In this document: positions 32,697 to 49,826 of the stretch, one piece after another | Layout of the letters: each line of letters starts with the position of its first letter | How positions within the stretch are numbered: the stretch's first letter is position 1 | From: the human T2T-CHM13v2.0 reference genome, Homo sapiens | Direction: 5' to 3' (one strand) | DNA length: 64,000 bases | Assembly: GCF_009914755.1 (NCBI RefSeq) | Contig: NC_060926.1 | Translations under genes and position numbers: made by a program | The notes under the pieces: generated by a model | Databases searched by the model: none | What the model was told of the DNA's origin: nothing | Seen by the model: the letters and a program-made list of their open reading frames with translations, nothing else

Positions 32697-34906
32697 TGAC
32701 AAAAAGCAGGACATTTACAGCATTAGTAGATAAATGTAGTGTTGAAAAACCATGACTTGTGACTCACATAGCATTGTAGAGTGGTTCCTGATCTTTTGCA
32801 GACAACAGACTCCTTGAAATATCTGATGAAAAGAATGGATTCTTCACCCAGAAAAAAATGCACATAATGGCCACAAATAAGATTTTGCACTTGATAAAGA
32901 TGATTCCATAGATCCTGAGTGAAGATTCTAGATTTAGAGTTTTTACCTGCTATCTCATCATGACAGTGTCTCACGGAAGATAAGACTGAGAAAAGGTTGG
33001 GCCCAGAGAAGGGAAACAGTGGCTTTCCTTACTGGGAGCATTGCAAGGTTACAGTAAAGTCAGTGACAGAAATAAGAGTAAAATTGCCATCTGCCTTTGT
33101 AAAATGACCCATTATGGAATTTAGAAGCCAGCTAAACTAAGAAGCTGGGAGTGGAAGCAGTGAGAATAGAGCCCAGTTCCAATTTAGTTCTGATTTCTCC
33201 GCCAGTACTGTGAACCTGGGGAATGCGCACCTCCTTCCTCACCCCATGCTGTCCTTCCTCATGAGTGAAATTAGATCGATGACCCTGAGTTAGTGAACGT
33301 GTGCATAGGAAACTGATGAAGAAATGACAATAAGACCTGAGTACGTGAATGCTCATTGGTGAAGCAGTGGGAGTTATTTTCTTTAGTAAGGAGAATCTAA
33401 GCTTTCCTCCTCTCTCTTTTCTAAGTGACTCAGGCCTTTTGCCCCCAGTGAAATTGGCATAAGTCCTTTTGTTTTCCCCTTGCTGTCAGTCCAGAAGGGT
33501 TCTCAACAATCTTGTCTTGTTAGCTGCTATTTGAAAACATTAGCATCTCTGCTATGTGGCTAGTAGCATTCTGGCAAAGAGCTATTTTACAGAAATGACT
33601 TCTAGATGACTCACGAAGCCGACAACACGTCTGTCATCTCCTAGTACCAGGGAAAGGACAGTAGAGACAGTCGTTGTCAGGGAATGGTGTCTTTCTCAGG
33701 AACACTGAGATGGCTGAACTAGCAGCATAGGATTTTGGAGACAGTAGTTGGTAGGAGACAGAGTAGATGTTGGTTTTATTCCTCTTAAATGGCCGAAGGA
33801 ACATAACGCTTACAAAGCCCTGCCTTTTCTACCAGCCAGTTCATCAGCCCTTTCTTAGCTTTCATCAGGTATTTGAGTTCTGAAGATCACTAGAATTAAA
33901 ATGAAAATGGTTTCTGAAAGCACAAGGAGTGCTCAGCCTCCTGAAGTGTGTAGAAATCAACATACTCAGATTTAATTTGGAGGTATAAAATGTATTTCTG
34001 CATCAATATGGACAGTCTGTTTTGTATTAATGCCATCAACCTTCCCTAATTTCTTCTCATGATGATTATTTTTGTGGAAACTATTTCCAGAAATAACTGG
34101 TACTTATATTTAGTGGAGGAGAGAAATGGACTTAAATATATTGAAAATACAAAGCAATTGGAGGTAGCAGTAGATGGCTCAGCCCTGCACGTTCACATCA
34201 GTATTTACAGTGGTAACCAATTGATGGTTGTGGCAAAAGACTTTTGGAATCACTTGTGAGGGTATTCAGAAAACATATGATCACACATGTTTTATGTACG
34301 TGTATGAAATAGAGAACCAGCCTTAGGATTTCAAATAATATTGGATAGAAGTAAAATAATACCCAGTTTCTCTTTGTAGTTTCCTTTACTGGATACCGGA
34401 GGACGATTAGCCTTTTGGTGGGTTACTCTGACTCCCAGAGTGCCCTTGAAAAGGTAAAGGATAAAGAGCAATTGATGATCTGTAAATAATGGCTACTCTT
34501 CTAATTAGATTTTTCAAAGGAAAATTATAAAAGGGAAGAACATCCTGAAAGTGATAGCCTGCAGGACAGCAGGCTATGGTTAGTGATTTAACTGTAGTTC
34601 CACTGCCAGAGGTCTCTAGGTCTGTCATTTTTTCTCTGCATTTTTAATTTGTAATTCAGCCTCCTTCTCCCAAGAATTATGTGTTTTATTTATCTCTCCG
34701 GTTTATTCTTTTTCTGTTTCTCTATTGAATAAAGGGGTTTTTTCCCCTCTTTTTTGAAGTTTAAAATCAGGTGAGACTACATTCTTTCAAAAAGCAAGGT
34801 CAGTGCAATTCATTTGCTTTCATTTCCATGTAGATCCCAAGTAATTTATTTTTCCCATTTGGGTTAATGGTCCTGACTAGAAGAGATTTCTCCACCCATT
34901 ATATAG

Positions 34907-35206
<300 letters not shown>

Positions 35207-37959
35207 TAGGTTCTTGATCTTCCTCTCTCTTCCTCTGTTGCTCAAATTTCATTACTCACCACAGACTGCATTCAGATGCTTCCTGTTTTATGAACTTTTA
35301 TTTACCATGGATAGATGAAAATTTAGAAGAGTCTAGGCATTAAACAGCCAGGTGTGCTGTTACCAAAGCTTTATTGTAACCATTGATTTCAAATTCCATG
35401 GGTTAATCAAGACTCTGAATTGCAGCTATGCAGAAACCCAATTCAAATTAGCTTAAGGAAAGAGATTTCTCAGTGCCTGTAAGAGAAAATCCAGCATCTC
35501 TAAAGATCTCATCAGGCTGCTCTCCTCTCTCAGATCTGCTTTCTGTTTGTTTGCTCTGTTCCCAAGCAGGTGTTACTCAAGTGTGGCAGCTCGGGCCGCC
35601 AGGGGCTTCCAGCTTGCATTCTCAGCTTAGCAACACACAGAAGCACCATTTTTCTAATGGGGCTAACACTGCAATGGCTTAAGTCTGGTACCAGTGTTGG
35701 AGCCAGTCTTTGTGGCCTTGGAGGCTTGAGGTCTTGTTGATTAGACTTGGTGATAGGCCTGTCCCTAGAACCAGAGGGTAAGGCCTGCCCACCTAAATTA
35801 CTGGGATTGAAAGTGGGAGGTGGCAGTTCTCCAAAAGAAAGTCAAGGTGCTCTTATTAGAGGAAGAAAAAAGATAAACCTACATCCTGATCTTTCCTTTT
35901 TTTCCAGAGTTTCTTGGGAGAAGCAAAATGCCGTATTTGAACTAGCCTTCTCTTAAAAATATGGGAGTTCAAGGAGAAGAAAGAGGAAGTCTTGATAGTC
36001 TGTCTAGAAATAAGAAGCTGTTATTAGACAGTGTAGTTGAACATAGAGCCCTGTGCAAGGGAAGGAACCTAAATTAACAATGGCACTGACAAACCACAAC
36101 AGCCTGCCTGCTCGAAGCCTGATTGTGGTATTTTGGTGAAAGCTTGGCTACCGTCTCTGGCAGGATTTGGGTCTCGGTGTGCCGTTTGGGCACAGTGCAC
36201 TTTATTATGTTACCTGGCCCCAGCCCTTCCCCCTAATTCTTTTCTTCATTTCCTTCCATCTCTCTTACATAGCACACTCTGCAAAACCTCCTCTGGCATT
36301 GCCATTCCAATGCTCCAGCTGGTGAGATGTCCTTTGGGCCTTGTTTTAACCAGGCTCAGGGTGGTTTTTTCCTTTCATCTTTCTTTCTCTGGGCCTCTTT
36401 ATTAAAGCTGCAGTAGAGGTTGCCCAGCCCCACCCCCTGGGCAGCCCCTGCCTTCAGCATCCAAGTTCTTCGTGGCACTGTTAGCCATCCTTGGGCCCAC
36501 GTGTTGGGTGCTGGTTTTACCAGTTACCCCATTACCCCTGAGAGAGGCTCTGTGTGTGAGGCGCCCCAGGGCAGATCTGTTTCTCTCTCTGTGGCTCTAA
36601 AGTACTTGTAATCTTTCTTCAGAATTTTCTAAATAAACTCAGATTTTAACTTTCATAGTCTGAAGAGGTGGGGGTTTGGCATTGGGGGAGGAGGGCTGTC
36701 AATTCTATGTTTTGTTTTGTTTTCTTTAATGCAAGAACTACAATTGAACACACCCATTAATTTATAAAGCAAAATCTCTTAGAAATATCAGCATCTTCTA
36801 ATATCCAAGTCACCCTCTTCAGCAGGTGAATGAATTGAGGCTTAGAAAGGCAGTCAGTTGCCTAAAGTTATTCAGCAGTCAGAAGTGGAGTTGGGGCTTA
36901 AATCTGTGTTTTCTGATTGATTAATTTCTGAGTATGACATTTTTTTCTATTGTATTCAACTGCCCTGTGGAGGATGACATTTACTTATGTTATTGTTCCT
37001 CTGTTATCCAGGCTTTTTCTGTCTTTGTTGTCATTTTTTGGCCACTTTGTTCCTTAGTTGGGCTCCCTCTAGGCAGGGGAAAAAGGAGAGAATGTGAAAT
37101 TCAGGGGGTCCATTCTGCTCTAAGGATGCGGATAGACCAAACTTCTGGAAATTATAGATGGTAAAGCTGAGAAGGCTGAAACAAAAGACGCTCAAAGGGC
37201 GTGGGGCTCTCCATGGATTCCGTTGCTTAGGTACTGCCTGTCCTCGCTGGCCACCAATTTTGTAAATCAGAAAGTGAGGTAAAAAATACATCTTTTCACA
37301 CCTGCCCTCCCCCCATCTGTCTGTGTTGTGGGTTGATCCCAGAAATGGTCCAGAAGATTTCATAGAGGTGGGTGTACAGGGAGGAGGCTGCGCCTGTTCT
37401 GGAGAGGTGAGGCAGCCCACTGCTCGGCTCCGTTCCTCCCCAGTGGAGGGTGAGGCCGCCAAAGCTGGGCTTTGGGAAGGGCTGCCCCCTCTCCTAGGCA
37501 GGCCCCCGCCCAGGCTGCAGGGAGAACAGAAGGGTGCCACGCCATGATGCCTGTTGTCCCCACACTCTACTGGCTTCGGGCTGCCTGGGGATTTGCTGCC
37601 CAGTTTTCCATCTTTGGAAACGGTGTTTCCAGGCAATTCAGAAAGGGCAAGTGCAGCCTAGACTTCTTGTCCGCCCTGCTAGCTGCTGATTAGAAGAGGT
37701 GACATTCTCTGTTTTCACTGTGTGAGAAGGAAAGAGAAAGAACTATCCCAGCGGCTTATTATCAGGATTCTGAGCAAATGATCTATTTTTCAGAGATTAG
37801 ATGAAAGAAGACTAGTATTTGGCACAGAGGACCAGACATCTGGCACTTGGGATCCTTTTAGCTTTTCACTGTTTCATCATGCGACACGAGCAAGTCATTT
37901 TTACTGTTTGTGTTTTGATTCTTTTTCTTTTTGTGGAATAGTAGTTATGATAGAAGCAC

Positions 37960-38180
37960 TTCCTTAGCACTTATGATGTTGCCAACCACTGTTTTCAGTA
38001 TTAGCTTTATTAACCCTCCCACAGCTCCATGAGATAGGTACTGTTATTACTCCCTTCTTACTGCTGAGGGGGCTGAGGCATAGGGAGGTTAAATCATGTG
38101 CATGAAGGTGTACAGCTGCTGAGTGATGGAATTGGGACTCCAACCCCAGCCAATCTGGCTCTGAAATAGTGGAATACACC
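37960..38180 (-). mobile_element. MIR SINE
   Basis: gaggggggctgaggcatagggaggttaaat...ccaaccccagc MIR core. Confidence 0.55.
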
Positions 38181-38330
38181 TTTATTCATGAACTATTAGC
38201 AAGGGATGCTGCACTTAAGGGCTTTAGGGTCCTGGAGGCTGCCATAGTGAAAAACTCAGTGCTGAGGTTGGTGCTTCCTGTTGGACAAGCACCCTTCCTC
38301 CCATCCTTTTCTCGCCTCTGTCCTCATTAG

Positions 38331-38750
<420 letters not shown>

Positions 38751-39084
38751 TAAGCATGCCCTCCTCAGTGCTAGTCCTGGACTCCCACCACCCTCCTCCA
38801 TGTACGTCCCCTGTGCCCTGCCTACAGTGGGCCGAGGCAACTCCTCTCACTGGAAACTTCCTTCTTTGGCCTCCACGACCTAATCATCTTCCAGATCTTC
38901 TCCCTTTTGACCACATTCCACATTTTTCCTTTTTGGGCTTTCTCTCTCTCTCTCTCTCTTTTTTATTCTGCTCCCTATTTGGCCTATGTACCTTTCCTTC
39001 TGGGGAGCAAGTCTGGTGGTGGGCTGGGCCCGGGCTGGCCAGTGAAGTGGCCTTCACCCAGCAGTGCTGACCCACCGGACATGA

Positions 39085-39354
<270 letters not shown>

Positions 39355-39599
39355 TAATGGTTTGCAGACAGGGCCTAGGGATCTTTAAGGATCCTGTCTC
39401 AAGTAAAGGCAAAGGCAGGAAGAGAGATGAGATGCCACCTGAGGGCAGGCTGGGGGTTTTCTGGATTAGAATCAGGTTACACCTTGAGGGAAGAAAGCCA
39501 AGGAGAAACCGGCTTAGAGACTTGTGTTCATCTGTCAGCAGGCACTTCTGGGACCTCTGTGCCCTGCTAATAATACTTTTCATCTGTACCACACTTAAT

Positions 39600-39802
39600 T
39601 TTTTTTTATTTTTCTTTTTTATTGTTTTTTAAAATTTTTATTTATTTTGAAACTGGATTATGAGACTGGCTAGTTTTTGTACTTTTTGTAAAGATGAGGT
39701 TTTGCCATGTTGCCCAGGCTGGTCCCAAACTCCTGGGTTCAAGTGATCCACCTGTCTTGGCCTCCCAAAGTGCTGGGATTACAGGAGCCACTGTGCCCGG
39801 CC
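39600..39802 (-). mobile_element. Short Alu variant (left arm plus atypical 3' end)
   Basis: Left arm and linker, then AGCCAGTCTCATAATCCAGTTTC and an A-rich tail; TSD cacacttaattttt. Confidence 0.8.
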
Positions 39803-40404
39803 CACACTTAATTTTTAAAATATTTTTACCTCCTGTATTTTCCTCAATCCCATGACAGTCCTGTGCAGTAGGTACAATAGATAGTAACCCCATTTATAGA
39901 TGAGAAAATGGAATCTCAGAGGTTAAGCTCCATGCTTCCTCTTAATGAGGAGCCCTGGCGGATCTTGATGTGGCATCTTCTGACTTCCCAACTCAGGGGT
40001 TTTGCACTCTGTAGAGGGGGGAGTGAGTGGGATGTTCACTGTCTGCCAGGTAGCTTTATGGATCCAGAGCCTGACAAGAAAACTGTATCACTCACCCTTG
40101 AGCTTTTTTTGCTGTAAATCCAGGAATCAGAGTGCTTTTGTGAAATGAATAAAAAGCCCATGAACAAACTCAGTGAAGAAGGAAGACCTGGTCCATCGTC
40201 CACAGCTTTTTCTAGCTTTATGCCACTGACGTCAGCCTGGGACTTCTTCCTGAGGCCTCCATGAGCCATTCATGCAGAAGAGGCAGCTCCTCCTGCTGCC
40301 GGTCAGTCCAAGGCCCAGATGTGCTATTCTGACCGAAGAGATGGCAAAAAAAAAAAACACTAAAAAATGTGCACCTTGTTTTTTTTCTGTCCTGGTGATC
40401 TGAG

Positions 40405-40525
40405 TTCTTTTTTTTTTTAATTTTAATTTTTTATTTTATTTTTTAATGAGACAGGGTCTCATTATGTTGCCCAGGCTGGTCTTGAACTCCTGAGGTCAAG
40501 TGATCCTTCTGCCTTGGCCTCCCAA
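40405..40525 (-). mobile_element. FLAM-like Alu monomer, 5'-truncated
   Basis: T-rich tail followed by left-arm sequence only. Confidence 0.7.
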
Positions 40526-40924
40526 GTCTTGTGAATTCTGCCAGTGCCTGTAGAAAGTAATCTTCAGAACATATTTTGTGTGCGTTAGGTTCCCACAGCA
40601 CCCTCAGAAATTCTAGGAAGAGTCAGCCAGACGGTGACCAGCCTGAGGTTAGAGAAAAGGCCAGCCCTCCCTGTATTGAACAGTGTCACCCCATGTGAGG
40701 CAGGTGAGCACCCAGATGCCTGGGTGGGTTTGGCTAGAGATGCTCAGATTGCCAGAGAGAGAAGGTAGATTTGTAGAAATATCGACATAAGTAGTCTCGT
40801 CATCATCAATAAATGTTTATGATTTGCCTTCAGTGTACCAGGCTCTGCTACATCGTTCATAAAATTCCTCTTAAAAAGAGTCGCATTCTTTCCCTGCAGA
40901 AACTTACCATCTAGTTAGAGATCA

Positions 40925-41630
<706 letters not shown>

Positions 41631-41668
41631 TGAAGGGGCACAGGTAGGTGAGAGGAAGGTAGAGGTGA

Positions 41669-41974
<306 letters not shown>

Positions 41975-42374
41975 TAAAAGCTCTGAGAACTTTCATGTCT
42001 GTAATCTCCTTGAGCCCCATTTAGTTTCTAGAAGAATAGAAATCACTGTCTTTATTTTGTGGGGAACTGGAAATTCATTCCCCTCAAATAGCCATTCTCA
42101 ACTCTGGCTACGTACTAGAATCTCTTAGGGAGCTTTTTTTGAAATTGTGATTTAATTAGTCTTTGCTGGGGATTTCTAGCTCATCTCTTTCCCAGCGTGA
42201 CTCATGGATGGAGGCCAGCATGTGGACCCCAGGCCACCTGGGGGCTCTGGGTACTACAACCTGGACGGCAAGGGGGTGTGCCTACATCTGGTGCCATCTT
42301 ACTCAAACAATTGAGTTTTCTTCCAGCCAATGTGAAGATACACCCCCACCCCACAAAAGCACTTTTTACTCTAA

Positions 42375-42705
<331 letters not shown>

Positions 42706-44783
42706 TAAAGAAGGTCTGACTGGACCTGCTTCCAGATTTGACAACATATCTTTCAATTGCAGGCTTTCCTACTTTTAACTCCTCACATACTTCCTAAGGA
42801 AAGTCTAGACAGACTTGGTACCCAGCCATCTCTGTCAGTACTGAGTATATTTACATAACTCACACAAATATTGTGGGAGCTTAGAGAAAGGAAGGAGAAG
42901 ATACCGTTACTGACCTCAGGGGATCTATTATTCTGTTTTGGACATGAGAACCACACTGTGTTCTTAGCATAAGCAAACTTGAGTGTTGATAGTTTTGCAA
43001 AGTGATATAGGTAATGAGTCTTTGGGGGAGTCATTTTTGGTTCGGCACAAATTCAAGTGTGGCTTTGAAAAGATGTCAGCATACATGTGAAATGAAAACA
43101 TTCCAAGAAGTTTCCCAGGATGATGGGGATGGCTCTACAGTGTGTGGGAAGAATAATGCTTTCAATTCTTGAGTGTTGCCTTGTGTTAGGTACTGACATA
43201 TAATCATCTATTTTCCCAGTGGCCCCTGAGTAGGCTTTATCTTTTATCCTTGTGAATTATCCATTTCACAGCTGATGAAACTGGCAGTGAGAGTGGGTAC
43301 ATAAATTTGCCCATAGGCACAAAGCTAGCAAGTTGGAGGTTATTGAATAAAGCTGGGTTGCGTCTGCCTTCAGAATTCATGTTCTTCTCTTTCTGGCCCA
43401 TCACTTAACCTGCTGTATGATTTTTGGCAAGCCACTTACCACCATTGTTGGTTTGTTCTTCAGTTAAGTAAGAGCTCTGTCCTCTTTCTTTCAGAGAAAT
43501 GTTGTAAGAAAGAATAGAGTGATGGCTCTGAAGTGTCACACTTTTCAGAAGAGGCTTCAGTTTAAACCATTCTTTGAGATTTGTTCCAGTATTGGCACAT
43601 TTTTACCCATTGGTTGAAAGGGCCCATTCTCTTCCATATCCTCTGTACTTTCTGTGTTTTTTCTCCATAAATACATTTTACTTGACTGTAATGAGGTCTC
43701 ATGATCAGAAAGGCATATGACCGTAACACTCCAGCTTTCTGGACAGGATACTTTCTTGATATTTTGAGGGTTATTTCACACTCCCCTCTGCTGTGCTTTT
43801 GTGGCCCTTTTTGCTCATGATAGCTGAAATGGAATAGGGGATTTCTTATAGATCATCTTTAAGGGCAGCGTTGGGATCTCACTGGTATCCCAGCTATAGG
43901 AAGGCTGATACCATTGAGTGCTTACTGAGTAACGGGGCTGTGCTAAGGACTTCACATGTGTTAGCTCATTTCAGACTCACAGCAACCTAATACATAAGGA
44001 ATTATGATACCCATTTTACAGACAGCAAAACTGGCATTACAGAGAGGTGGTTGCTCAGAGTCACACAGCAAGGAATTTGACTCTGTACCAAACTAGAAAA
44101 TTTCCACTTAAATACTCATGTATTAGTTACTCATTTGGCTTTAGAAAATATGATCAACTCTATATTTGCTTATGCAACAAAAAGAAAAAAAGAATAAAGA
44201 AAAACAAACTATATATATATATATGTATGTATTTGCTTATGCACAGATACAGAGTGGTTAATCAGACTTCATGTTCTAAACATAGCAGTTCCTTGAGAAT
44301 AGGAATCATATCGTCTTCTTTCCGTCTCTCAGTTTCCCCAGCACTTTGTTTACACTCGCCTCAGTGACAGTACTGATAATACAGCCTGATCGGTTGTCAG
44401 TGTGTCTGGCATCCTTCCTGCACCCTGAGCCCCTGAGGGCAGGGGCTGGACACCCCAGAGCTTTGCACCAGTGCAGGGCCCATTATGGGGCACTTGGTCT
44501 AGTGCTCCACAGGTGGGAGGTGCCTCTTACAAAGCAGCAAACCACCTTCTAGTGGTTTCTTTGAGCAGCCTCTGAGGTGGGCGGAGCAGGGATTCATGAA
44601 TCCCACTTTATAGATGGAAAATTGTCCCCAGAGAGCTGAAGCAACTTGCTCAGAATGCAGTAGAGAAGCTGCCACCAGACCCCTGGGTCCTGACCTAGGC
44701 CCAGTGAGCCATCTCCTTGAATGAGAAAGTGCTAAGGGAGCATCCACCTTGCACTTGCCATGCCAGGGTCAAGCCTAAAGTGA

Positions 44784-44927
<144 letters not shown>

Positions 44928-45344
44928 TGAGCCCACTGAGCATTGGCATCCCATAATATTTTGCTCAGGCTTGCATGTCGTCCTAGTCCAGCAGGGGTTG
45001 CAAGTATAGACCTGTGGGCCATGGTCATGACTTGGCATTGACTTAGGGCATCTGTCTCTCTCCTTAGGGCTGTGGTACCAATTTCATCTTTCTTCCTAAC
45101 ATCCTGCTAAGGAACTAGTAGGCAGTACTAGTAGTCAGTAGTGCTGCCTTTGTCTCTCGAAGGTCAAGACTGTTGAGGCTGGGTGGGCATTGGACTCCAG
45201 AATCCTCCTCTGGCTTCCTACTTAGATAAGAGAGAGCCTCTAGCAGCTTGTCCACTAATTAGCTTAGAAAAAACTGCCTGTCTTCTAAGTCACTTGTAGT
45301 GGCAAAGCTGCCTAGATGCTGGAAATCAGGGAAGACGAGTTGTA

Positions 45345-45393
45345 TTAATGAAAGTAATGGCAAAAAAACGCAATTACTTTTGCATCAACCTAA
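45345..45393. mobile_element. MADE1 (Hsmar1 mariner MITE) with one TIR deleted
   Basis: gaaagtaatggcaaaaaaacgcaattacttttgcatcaacctaa, flanked by TA at both ends. Confidence 0.8.
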
Positions 45394-45865
45394 TACAAAC
45401 AGAACTGAGCAAGGGCTGGCGGGGTCAGCGAGATACACTGGCAAAGCTAAGATGGGCCTTAAAAGCTGATACTGTTTTCTGTGGCTACCCTGAGCCTCTT
45501 TGGTTGACAGAAGGGGCAGCCATCCCCCTTCCTCCCTGTGGTGGCCTAAACTCATTTCTGAGTGCTTTGGCGGGTGTGAGTTCTGGCTTCACAGCAAGCA
45601 GGCGTGGGTATGTGATGCAGATTCTAGTCTTTAAGCATGTTCTGATGTGCAATATAGGCTCTGTATTTCATCTGTCTCTCTCTTCTGTGTTTGGTTTCTT
45701 AGTCCCCCATCCCAACAGAGGGTAGTCCTCCAAATTTCCTTCCATTATGGGGGGGGGATGATTTTTTTCCTATTATTGTAAGAGGGAAGGAGAAGTACAA
45801 TTAGAAAAGTAGCCTTTTCTCTTGTAACAAGTTAGAAGTTTCTCACAGATGACTTTGGAGGTATC

Positions 45866-45900
45866 CACTTTGGTTTGTGTAGACTGAGCAAACCAAAGTG
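45866..45900. repeat. Perfect 12-bp inverted repeat with 11-nt spacer
   Basis: CACTTTGGTTTG-tgtagactgag-CAAACCAAAGTG. Confidence 0.9.
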
Positions 45901-46185
45901 TGTGTTTTTCTTGTGCTCAAAGCAACCTTTGTGTTGTACCAGCATTTTAAAACTATGGCTTTTATTGATTAAAAGAAGCTTTAACTTTTACCTAAACTAG
46001 GGAAAACAAATACGCTGAATGTTAATGAAGCTTAGCATTTGAACATTAATCTTAACATTTCCTCACAAAACACACGTAAGTGTCCACTCATTTCAAGTTT
46101 TCATGTGTTTAGGAATAACGGAATATGATACATCTTCCAAGGCAGGGTCATGTCATGTGCCAAACCAAAGAATAAAAGTCTTTTA

Positions 46186-46519
<334 letters not shown>

Positions 46520-47154
46520 TTATATGTCAATAGCCATTGATGGACACATTTAAATAAAATGTTTTTCCTAGGTTGATGACCCTTCTTTTGGGAGGCCTTA
46601 ATATGCTTTCCATAGGAAAACAATAGGGTTAGGTATTTTGGTTTCAGTATTTCAGCCATAACTAAATTAAATCTTTACTCCTGATTGTTTAGACAAAAGA
46701 AAATGCACAATAGATAGATTCTATCATTAAAGATATAATGTGAAAGCTTCTAGCAACCACTTGTTAATGTAGTCATTGCCTGGCTGGGCAAGCTGAGCCA
46801 GATAGTGGTTTCTGAAATGTGTGCCTCTCAGCCAGACCTTTGGAAGCAGCATATACCTCTTTAATATCTTGAGTGTGTTTCAAAGTGACATGTTTAAAAG
46901 AAATCTCTAAACTGCTAACTAATATGTACTACTCTGCATTTGCTGTAGAACTTGGATGAATTAATATTTTAAAATAAGCCTCATGAACATGGCCTGTGTT
47001 TATGAAGGTGTCTTGGGGCCACGCTCTTCCGCAACGTTGACTTCATATAATGCTGGACTGTGGCAGGATTGGGCTGAAGGAGTGGGATGGAGCATTCTGT
47101 GCTATTCTGTTAACCGAACCTTTCATCTCTGTCTTATTGTATTTTCGTCTAGAT

Positions 47155-47393
47155 TGGAGTCTCTCAACCATGGTACTGATGACATTTTGGGCTGGATGAC
47201 TCTGTTGTTGGGGGGCTGTTGTGTGCATTTTAGGATGTTTAGCAGCATCCGTGGCCTCTACCCACTAGATGCCAGCAGTTCCTCCCCAGTCATGACAACC
47301 AAAATTGTCTCCAGATGCCACCGAATGTCCTCTGAGGGAGGACAAATCACTCTCTACTCACCTTGCCCTTCTCCAACCCCATGGAGAACCACC
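47155..47393 (+). mobile_element. MER20 (hAT-Charlie)
   Basis: tctcaacc...gacattttgggctggat...cagcatccgtggcctctacccactagatgccagc...gagaaccac. Confidence 0.85.
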
Positions 47394-48555
47394 AATCTAA
47401 ATAAGGAAATGAATCTAAATGTTTTTGGAATAATAAGATAGTTGGGAAAAAGTAAAGTATGTCTTTGAAAAGCCATATAAGGACCTAATTTAATACCACT
47501 TGATTGTTCCTCTAATATGAACATCTCTTAGAACTATATTCTGATAATTAATATTACAAGCATATTTTCAGCAAATAGGCATAATGAGGTATTTAGATTA
47601 AATCATACAGTTCGTTGGATAGCAGGGCCAGATCGTGTCCAGAAAAATGTGGATTTTGTAAATAGCAATAGCAGTCAGCAGAGAGAAGGTGTGTTAGATT
47701 GTAAGAAATTGGTGTCACTGTCCCCTGGGAAACGTGACATTTTTCTTCCCCCACAGCACTATTGGCTGGGGCTACTAATCCTAAATGAGGTAAATCTATT
47801 TTTATATATAAATATATGAAAGTAGACCAGATAGAAGCTAAAAAGAACAAAGTTAAAATTACCTTTAATCCCTCCAACAGAAAAAGCCACTGTTAACAGC
47901 TTATTTTTCCAGCATGTCAATTATTGAGCAAGATCATCATTTTTCAATAACTATGGAGCATTTACATAGTGGAGACACATCCCATAATTTAATCCTCAGT
48001 ATCAGACATGCGGTTGTTTTCCATTTTTGCTATTATAAATAATTCTGCAAGTGAACATCATCTATATGTACCTTGCATATTTATCCTATTAGGACAAATT
48101 CCTACAATCAGAATTGCCAGGTCAGTTTTCATTTGACCTTTTTGGGGGAGGCCTCTGAAGTCCAGTCTGGCCAGGCATAACAATCTTCACTCCCATTCAG
48201 TCTTCAATCAGAGGCTTTTTTTTCCCACATGACTCCGCCCTCAGGATTACTGGCACTCTTTTAAACAGTGAGGTGTGTGTTTGGGGTTTTTTGGTTTAGT
48301 TTAGTTGTCTTTTGTCTACACTGGCTTTTATTGTTAAACTAGTGTAATAACAAAATTAAAAATTTTTCAAAGGGAAAGGCCCCTAGAGTCCTACCATTCT
48401 TTCCTAAGAAGCAGCTGTTTCTCTTTTTCTGTAAGTAGAGAGTACTTTTTATATCTCTGTTGATTGGCTGGATGAGATAGTGGCTAAAAGGTATAAGGTT
48501 TTTTTCTTTTTCCTTTGTTATTAAAGTAGTTTAAATAGATGATAAATTCAAATGG

Positions 48556-48900
<345 letters not shown>

Positions 48901-49518
48901 TCAACCCCTCTAGGTTCCCTAGTCCCCAGTCTCTTTCCTCAAAGGCAGCTATAGTTACCAGTTTTCAGGTTTACTTCCATAAAATAACCTGCACCTATGG
49001 AAGTACGAGTGTGTGTGTTTCCTTTCTGCCTCCTTAGAGTGTTTTACAACCATTGTTTTACACTTGCCTTTATCCCCTTAATAATGTATCTTGAAAATCA
49101 TTCCATGTTGTTCCAAATGACTTCTACCGCATTCTTGCAAATAGCATTCTATTGGATAAATTTATCATAATATGTATTATCTGTTCTCTTTTGATGGATT
49201 TGTAACCAAATTGCAGCTATTACATGCAACACTGCAATGACCATTTTTTCATATGTTAGAGAAGTGGGGAGTAGAAAATGCAATCCCTGTGTGTCTGAGA
49301 TGGCTTTTTGCCTATCAGGCCAGAGGGGAGAGCAGTGTCAGCTGGCAGATTCTGTTTTCTTCCCTAGTGTGATGAGGCTATAGAAGTCCCCTGAGGTCCG
49401 GCCATTCTCATTTATTTCCTCACTTTCATTACATAATCAGACTTAAAAAGGAAATTATTAGAGTTTGAAACCTATAGTAAAATGGATTGTCTTTTCCAGA
49501 GTAAAAAAATCTACCTTA

Positions 49519-49826
<308 letters not shown>

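Noticed and set aside
37031-37693. 201-aa minus-strand ORF and overlapping ORFs in a GC-rich part of intron 7
   Set aside because: No recognisable domain, non-ATG start, and low stop frequency explained by GC content.
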